Shown: piece after piece, positions 58,570 to 64,000 of the stretch
Layout of the letters: each line of letters starts with the position of its first letter
Position numbering within the stretch: the first letter of the stretch is position 1
DNA from: Nitrospirota bacterium
Lineage (GTDB): Bacteria; Nitrospirota; JACRHJ01
Direction of reading: 5' to 3'
Length of the DNA: 64,000 nt
NCBI GenBank assembly: GCA_963698885.1
Contig: CAVOSJ010000003.1
Span: forward strand, 463,107-527,106
Notes under the pieces: model-generated
What the model saw: the letters and a program-made list of their open reading frames with translations, nothing else
The model's database searches: none
What the model was told of the DNA's origin: nothing
Position numbers and translations under genes: made by a program

Positions 58570-59283
58570 ATGACTATGAGAACTAAGTATTACCTCTTCT
58601 TTGCGCTGGTCTTGGCTGTCCTGGTTCCGACCCTTGCTTTTTCAGGCTCGGCGGATCCTGATTTCGGCGCCCTCACCGCCAAAGAAGGGAAAGCAAAGGA
58701 ACTTTTTAAAGACCCCACCCTTTACAGGGAAGCGGATCTTAAAGCCCTGCCTACCACCTCGCCCGATTTCGAGTTCCTGCTGGACAGGCCCCGCACCTCC
58801 GTCGCCCTTGCCGGGAAAATGCATAAATCGCTCGACAAATATGTGATAACGAAGACCGGCCCCGAGGTCTATCACATCGACGACACCAAACAACTGGTAG
58901 GCGACATGGAGCTTATCAACTCCACCCCCGGCAGGAGGCTGTACTACATCGACGGCTACTGGAAGATAATCCTGGGCGTAATACTGAAGGGAAGGATCGC
59001 CCTTCTGGTGGAGTACCATGAGACTGGCCCCGGAAAGCTCGATGCAAAGGCCAAAGGCTACATGATGGTTGATAACTCGGCTGCCGGCGTTGCTTTAAAA
59101 CTCCTGGTAAAGCTGTTCCCCGCAAAGGTGGATGCGCGGATCGCGCGGTTTGCGACGGCGGTGCAAAAGGTCGTCGAGGGCGTGCATGACGACCCTGCGG
59201 GGACTCTTAAGAGGCTGGAGAACGCGAAGAACGTCCCGCCTGCGGAGGCGCGCGAGTTCAGGGACAGGTTTATTAAAGATTAG
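58570..59283 (+). CDS. secreted hypothetical protein (237 aa)
   Basis: A signal peptide is present (LFFALVLAVLVPTLAFSGSA). I recognise no family. Confidence 0.6.
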   Translation: MTMRTKYYLFFALVLAVLVPTLAFSGSADPDFGALTAKEGKAKELFKDPTLYREADLKALPTTSPDFEFLLDRPRTSVALAGKMHKSLDKYVITKTGPEVYHIDDTKQLVGDMELINSTPGRRLYYIDGYWKIILGVILKGRIALLVEYHETGPGKLDAKAKGYMMVDNSAAGVALKLLVKLFPAKVDARIARFATAVQKVVEGVHDDPAGTLKRLENAKNVPPAEAREFRDRFIKD

Positions 59284-59335
59284 TATATAATTAGTCTTGA
59301 CATCTTCCAAACAAGCGAGTAGTATTTGACAAGTG

Positions 59336-59365
59336 GTGCCACGGCACAACGCCGTGGCTTTTTTT
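59336..59365 (+). terminator. intrinsic terminator
   Basis: The sequence reads GCCACGGC-acaac-GCCGTGGC followed by TTTTTTT. Confidence 0.8.
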
Positions 59366-59482
59366 ATGCCTGCGATTTTTCATTGCTAAGAGGTTGAACG
59401 CTGTACTTAGGTTGAAAAAGTTTGACAGGTTAATCGGGCGATGCGCAGGGTGCGCCAGCCCAAAGAAAAAGGGGTTTTGTTG

Positions 59483-59680
59483 ATGAAGGGTACAGTAAAG
59501 TGGTTCAACGAGAGCAAGGGTTATGGTTTCATCTCTCCTGAGGAAGGCAAAGACGTTTTCGTGCATTTCTCCGAGATAAAGATGGACGGCTTCAAGACTT
59601 TGAACGAAGGACAGGAAGTCCAGTTCGAAGTCACGAACGGCCCGAAGGGTCCGCAGGCGGTTAACGTGATGAGCGCGTAA
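59483..59680 (+). CDS. cspA: cold-shock protein (CspA family)
   Basis: The sequence is [32 protein letters not shown].... RNP1 and RNP2 motifs are present. The protein is 65 aa. Confidence 0.95.
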   Translation: MKGTVKWFNESKGYGFISPEEGKDVFVHFSEIKMDGFKTLNEGQEVQFEVTNGPKGPQAVNVMSA

Positions 59681-59706
59681 AGCGCATCAAAAACGAAAAA
59701 CCAATA

Positions 59707-59736
59707 CCCCCGGAAGAAATTCCGGGGGTTTTTTTT
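59707..59736. terminator. bidirectional intrinsic terminator between the convergent cspA and ABC permease genes
   Basis: The hairpin CCCCCGGAA-gaaa-TTCCGGGGG is flanked by AAAAACGAAAAA on the left and TTTTTTTT on the right. Confidence 0.8.
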
Positions 59737-59758
59737 GTGGAATTTTTTTCACTTTTTA

Positions 59759-60929
59759 TCAGCTCGTCCGCAGAGCCTCCACGATATTCATCCGTGCGGC
59801 CCGTAATCGCCGGCGGCACTCCGCCTATAAGGCCCATCACAAGCGCGAACGCCAGCGACTTCCAGAAAATTTCAAACGTAAGGGTGAACGTGAACGCAAG
59901 CTCGGAGAATGTCTGCCAGTTCATGGTGGATATGGTGAAGAGCTGGAGGAAGGACGCCAGGAAAAGCCCCGCCAGTCCCCCGATGAAACCCAGCAGAAGG
60001 GATTCGGAGATGAACGCCAGAGTTATGTTCCGCCTCGTGAAACCTAACGCCCGGAGTGTCCCTATCTCGCTCACCCGGTTCGACACCGCGGCGTACATGG
60101 TTATCATCGCGCCGATTATCGCGCCGATGGAAAATATCACCGTAAGCGAAAGCCCCATAATCCGCAAGAACTTCGCCATCAGCTCGGACTGGTCCTTGTA
60201 ATACTGCGTCTCGCGCCTTACGTCCAACGTCAGCCTCGGGTCGGATTCCAGCCTCGCCTTTACCTTGCCGAACTCGGAGGAGTCCCGCAGTTTGAATATG
60301 ACCGAGGAGTAAACAGGCCGGCGGAATGCCTGCATAAGCTGGTCGGCGTCCCCCCATATCTCCGAGTTGAACCCGGTGTTGCCCGCGTCGAAAATCCCCA
60401 CGACCCTCCAGTCCCGCATCCCGAACTTTAAACTCTCTCCGAGGCCCGCGCCCTGGAAGCGTTCCGCGACGCCCTGCCCGGCCATAATCTCAGCCGAGCC
60501 CGGCCTTGGCATACGCCCCGCGACGATCTTCACCTGCGGCCTGAGCGCCATGGACTCTTTGCCTATGCCGCGTATCTCCACGTTAGACGGATTGTCGCTC
60601 CCCCGCTTCAAGAGGTTTATCAGCACGACAAGCTCCTTTGCCACCTGCTTCTCTCCGTCCGGACCAGTCGCAATTTCCGGCTGGCTCTCCACGATGGACG
60701 CCTGGTCGCGGTCCACTCCGCTCTGGACTTCGGTATCCGCCGCCTTGCGGACGGCGACGACGTTATCATGGGAGCCTGTCTCCACCAGCGTCTTCTTCAA
60801 ACCGGCAGCGAGCATGAGGACCGACGCGAACACGAAAACGACGAGCGCCATCCCACCCGCCGTCAGGACAGTCGTGAGCTTCCTGGTCCAGAGGTTTCTG
60901 AAGGAATAAAAAAAGAAGATCGCCGCCAT
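59759..60929 (-). pseudogene. ABC transporter permease (MacB/FtsX family), C-terminal frame break near 59804
   Basis: The gene corresponds to ORF 59661..60929. After ..GGVPPAI the +1 frame gives RAARMNIVEALRTS*, the canonical FtsX-family C-terminus, with its stop at 59759-59761. Confidence 0.85.
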
Positions 60930-62085
60930 TTATCCGATCCTCCTGAGGCCGTCGGCAATCCGCAGCTTTATCGCCCGCCACGCCGGGAAAATGGAGGCCG
61001 TAATTCCCACGATCATCCCGGCCGCGATGTCCATGTAAATGGTTTGCCGGGCGACGTTGAAGACCGGGAACCAGTCGCTCAGCTCCGATTTGAACCACTG
61101 CGCCGCCGGATACGTCAACGCTATGCCTATCGCGCATCCGGTCATCGACAAAATGATCGACTCTCCGAAGATAAGGAAGGCGATATCCCATCCCCCGAAA
61201 CCGAGCGTCTTGAATATCGCGTACTCCCCTATCCGCTCGCGCGCGGTCATGGCCATGGTGTTCGCCGCCACGGCCATGATGATTAAAATGACGACGAAAG
61301 AAACCAGCTGTATCGCGATTACTATCGCCTCGGTCATGGCGATAAAACTAAGCTGAAATGCCTTCTCCGTCTCCGTCAGCGTCTCGGCCAGGGAGTTCTT
61401 GAACATCTTGTCTATATCCTGCGCGACACGCGCCGCCAGGTCGGGGCGCTCCACTTCTATCATATAGAAACCGACCTGGTCAGCCCGCTGAGGCGCCGTT
61501 TTTTTCATCGTCTCGTTCAAGTAATCCCAATGGAACATGAACTGGTCTTCGGGTGTGCTCTTGTACTTCCCTTTATATATCCCCCTGAGTACGAACTCCC
61601 AGTTTCCGGGATAAATATTCCCCTTGATCGTAATCGTGTCGCCTATCTTCCAGTGGTATCTCTCGACAATCTTACGTCCGGCTATGCAGGCCTTCCTGTC
61701 GTTTAGTAAATGCCTTCAGCTGGTCCGGCGGCACTACCAGCTCCGGGAACATCTTGAAATATGATTTCGTGTCCACGGCGAAAGACGGCACGAAATTCTT
61801 TTCGTTCTGGTAAGTCCCGCCGAACCAGTTCCCGTAGGATACATCCTTCACGCCGGATACCTGACGTATCTTCTCCTTGTAGGAAAGCGGGAGCGGGAAA
61901 ATTATCGATATGGAATTTCTCGTAACGAGGCGCGTCGCCGACGACGCTTCGACCCCCGCATACCACGCGCCGACGATTGTCCGGAGCATACCGAAAGACA
62001 ATATGGCGATGGCGATGCCCAGAACTGTGAGGATGGACCGGAGCTTGTGGCGCAGGGGGTTTTTAAAAAGTAGCTTAATCAGCAT
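60930..62085 (-). pseudogene. ABC transporter permease (MacB/FtsX family), frame break near 61700
   Basis: ORF 61672..62085 is the N-terminal TM helix plus periplasmic domain. ORF 60930..61538 holds the FtsX TM bundle and ..FPAWRAIKLRIADGLR. The second frame is open back to DRKACIAGRKIVERYHWKIGD. Confidence 0.85.
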
Positions 62086-62767
62086 TGGTGAGGATACCTT
62101 TTTCGAGGTGCCTCAGGACGTGCGCTTTTTCGGCGGCTCTGGGGTCGTGCGTCACCATGATAATCGTCTTGTCCGATTCACGGTTCAGGCGCTCCATCAG
62201 GCCCAGTATCTCCTGCGCCGAGACCTTGTCCAGGTCCCCCGTCGGCTCGTCCGCGACAAGTATTGCAGGGTCCGTGACAATCGCTCGGGCGATTGCCACC
62301 CTCTGCTGCTGGCCGCCCGAAAGCTGGGAAGGATAGTGGTCCATACGGTCTTCGAGACCCACTACTCTAAGCGCCGTATCGGCGTGTTCGCGCCGTTCTT
62401 TTTTTGAAAGTCCGGTCAGCACCAGCGGAAGTTCCACGTTCTCGAACGCGGTCAATACCGGGATCAGGTTGTAGAACTGAAATATGAACCCTACGTTCGA
62501 CGCGCGCCACCCGGCAAGCTCGGTCTCCGAAAGGGCGGTAATATCGACCCCGCCTACATGGATGCTCCCGCTGTCCGCCTTGTCCAGTCCGGCGATTAAG
62601 TTTAAGAGCGTGCTCTTGCCGGAACCGGATGGCCCCATCAGGGCGACGAACTCGCCTTTTTGTATATCGAAAGTCAAATCCTGCAGTACCGGCACCACCT
62701 GGCTTCCCCGGCGGTAGGACTTCGTGACGTTACTGACCTGGACTACAGGCTCTTTATTATTTGCCAT
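62075..62767 (-). CDS. ABC transporter ATP-binding protein (MacB/LolD-type)
   Basis: Walker A is GPSGSGKST, the signature is [14 protein letters not shown] and Walker B is [12 protein letters not shown]. Confidence 0.93.
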   Translation of the reverse strand: MANNKEPVVQVSNVTKSYRRGSQVVPVLQDLTFDIQKGEFVALMGPSGSGKSTLLNLIAGLDKADSGSIHVGGVDITALSETELAGWRASNVGFIFQFYNLIPVLTAFENVELPLVLTGLSKKERREHADTALRVVGLEDRMDHYPSQLSGGQQQRVAIARAIVTDPAILVADEPTGDLDKVSAQEILGLMERLNRESDKTIIMVTHDPRAAEKAHVLRHLEKGILTNAD

Positions 62768-62769
62768 CG

Positions 62770-64000
62770 TTATTCCACGGCTTCTTTTATTTTGGAGCCG
62801 TCTTTTAATTTATCCACGTTGCTTACCGCGACCTTGTCCCCCGTCTTCAGGCCGGAGGTGACTTCCACCCAATCCCCCAGCTTCTTCCCGGTGCGTACCG
62901 CAGTCAGAACCGCCCGCCCGTCCTTTATCACGAAGACCGCCTGCCTTCCGTGCTTCTCAGTCAGCGCGGCCGGGTTTACGGCTAACAGCGGTTTTCTGTC
63001 TTCCGGGCTCGGCCAATGCGCGAGGAACGCCACCTTCGCGCTCATCTCCGGCAGTATCCGCGGGTCCTTGTCTATGAACTTTACTTTCACCATGACCGAA
63101 GCCTTCGTCCGGTCGGCGGTGGGCACTATTACGGACACCTCGCCCCTGAACCTGCTGCCGGGCAGCGCGTCGAGCTGAATCTCGCAGGGCTGTCCCTCCT
63201 TCACCAGTTCCAGGTTCGCCTCCGAGACGTCCGCCTCCACTTCCAGCGAGTCCATATCAGCGATTGTAACCACCGCGGCCTGGGCGTTAGTGGATGCCCC
63301 TATAGGCGTTACGATGTCGCCGATATCAGCGTTCTTCGTCAGGACCACCGCATCGAACGGGGCCCGGATGAGGGTATATTCCACGTTCGCTTCCGCGCCA
63401 TTCAGCGCCGCGGCGGAGCCAGCTATTGCCGACCTGGCCTCGTTTCTGGCCGCCTCGTCCGCGCGTATTGCGGCCTTCGCGCCTTCGACGCCGGCGACCG
63501 CCTTTTTATATCTCGCCTCGGCTGAATCATAATCAGACTTCGCGACGAACCCCTTCTTCAGGAGGTCTCTCTGACGGTCGATGTTCAGCTTCGCGTCGCT
63601 TAACTCGGCCTGGGCCTGATCGAGCGCCGACTTCGCGTTTATCACGTTCGCCGACGCCTGATTCAGCGCGTCGCGGGAACTGGCCAGATTGGCCCTGGCC
63701 TGGGCCTCGGCCGCAAGCACGTCCTGCTTCTCAAGGCGCGCAATTATCTGGCCCTTCTTCACGCGGGAGCCCTCTTTTACGCCAAGCCAATCCAGCCTTC
63801 CCGTCACCTTGCCCGCCACGGCCGCCTTGCGCTGCGCCACCACATACCCGCTCGCGTCCAGACTGGTGAACGTCTGTGTCGGATAGACCATGGATACGAC
63901 GGCGGTCTTCACTTCGACCGCGGGAGTAAGGACGCCTGTCGCCGCGAGGACCGCTGCAAGGATAATCACTGCGGCCACCGCCCAGATAAAGGGCCTTTTC
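62770..64000 (-). CDS. efflux periplasmic adaptor (HlyD/MacA membrane-fusion protein), 5' end outside the window
   Basis: The protein has lipoyl/barrel-sandwich and coiled-coil hairpin regions. The frame stays open to the window edge (..[19 protein letters not shown] anchor). Confidence 0.88.
   Translation of the reverse strand, partial: KRPFIWAVAAVIILAAVLAATGVLTPAVEVKTAVVSMVYPTQTFTSLDASGYVVAQRKAAVAGKVTGRLDWLGVKEGSRVKKGQIIARLEKQDVLAAEAQARANLASSRDALNQASANVINAKSALDQAQAELSDAKLNIDRQRDLLKKGFVAKSDYDSAEARYKKAVAGVEGAKAAIRADEAARNEARSAIAGSAAALNGAEANVEYTLIRAPFDAVVLTKNADIGDIVTPIGASTNAQAAVVTIADMDSLEVEADVSEANLELVKEGQPCEIQLDALPGSRFRGEVSVIVPTADRTKASVMVKVKFIDKDPRILPEMSAKVAFLAHWPSPEDRKPLLAVNPAALTEKHGRQAVFVIKDGRAVLTAVRTGKKLGDWVEVTSGLKTGDKVAVSNVDKLKDGSKIKEAVE

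Overview
This is a 64-kb chromosomal segment of about 60% GC (hand counts) from a diderm-type bacterium that is probably anaerobic or microaerophilic. Supporting genes are LptE, MurJ, a LolB/DUF4292-like lipoprotein, multihaem c-type cytochromes, FeoB, two Fur-family regulators and a DUF362 ferredoxin. Most of the window is densely packed housekeeping DNA. It holds ogt, an ABC-2 exporter, gdhA, glcD, smc, purA, serA plus a class-V aminotransferase, fur-feoB, the thrS-infC-rpmI-rplT cluster, hup and an NtrC-type regulator. It also holds leuS-lptE-holA, rpsT, a Cache/HAMP histidine kinase, murJ, a complete trpEGD-C-B2-F-B-A operon, cspA, a MacAB-type ABC exporter, tRNA-Lys(UUU) and tRNA-Val(GAC). 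I found no rRNA, CRISPR array, transposase, integrase or phage genes.

Five regions deserve a second look:
- An abrupt ~1.2-kb islet of ~30% GC (38233-39420) carries an unrecognisable two-gene cassette with a palindromic operator, plus an adjacent structured element. It sits directly upstream of an orphan sigma-54 response regulator.
- A cassette of HAMP-only membrane protein, heptahaem cytochrome c, paralogous HAMP-only protein and a secreted unknown lies at 56455-59283.
- A serine-palmitoyltransferase-like gene overlaps an NAD-epimerase/reductase gene next to PAP2 and polyprenol-kinase-family genes. This may be a sphingolipid pathway.
- A 320-nt insert inside the trp operon has a strongly SD-preceded 40-codon ORF and a long inverted repeat.
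- An iron module has Fur boxes, feoB, an 8-Cys zinc-ribbon miniprotein and a DtxR-FeoA fusion.

A major caveat applies to the whole window. At least 17 single-base frame disruptions hit 16 otherwise conserved genes, including thrS, leuS, purA, serA and trpA. This looks like assembly or consensus indel error rather than biology. I therefore annotated those genes as single interrupted units.
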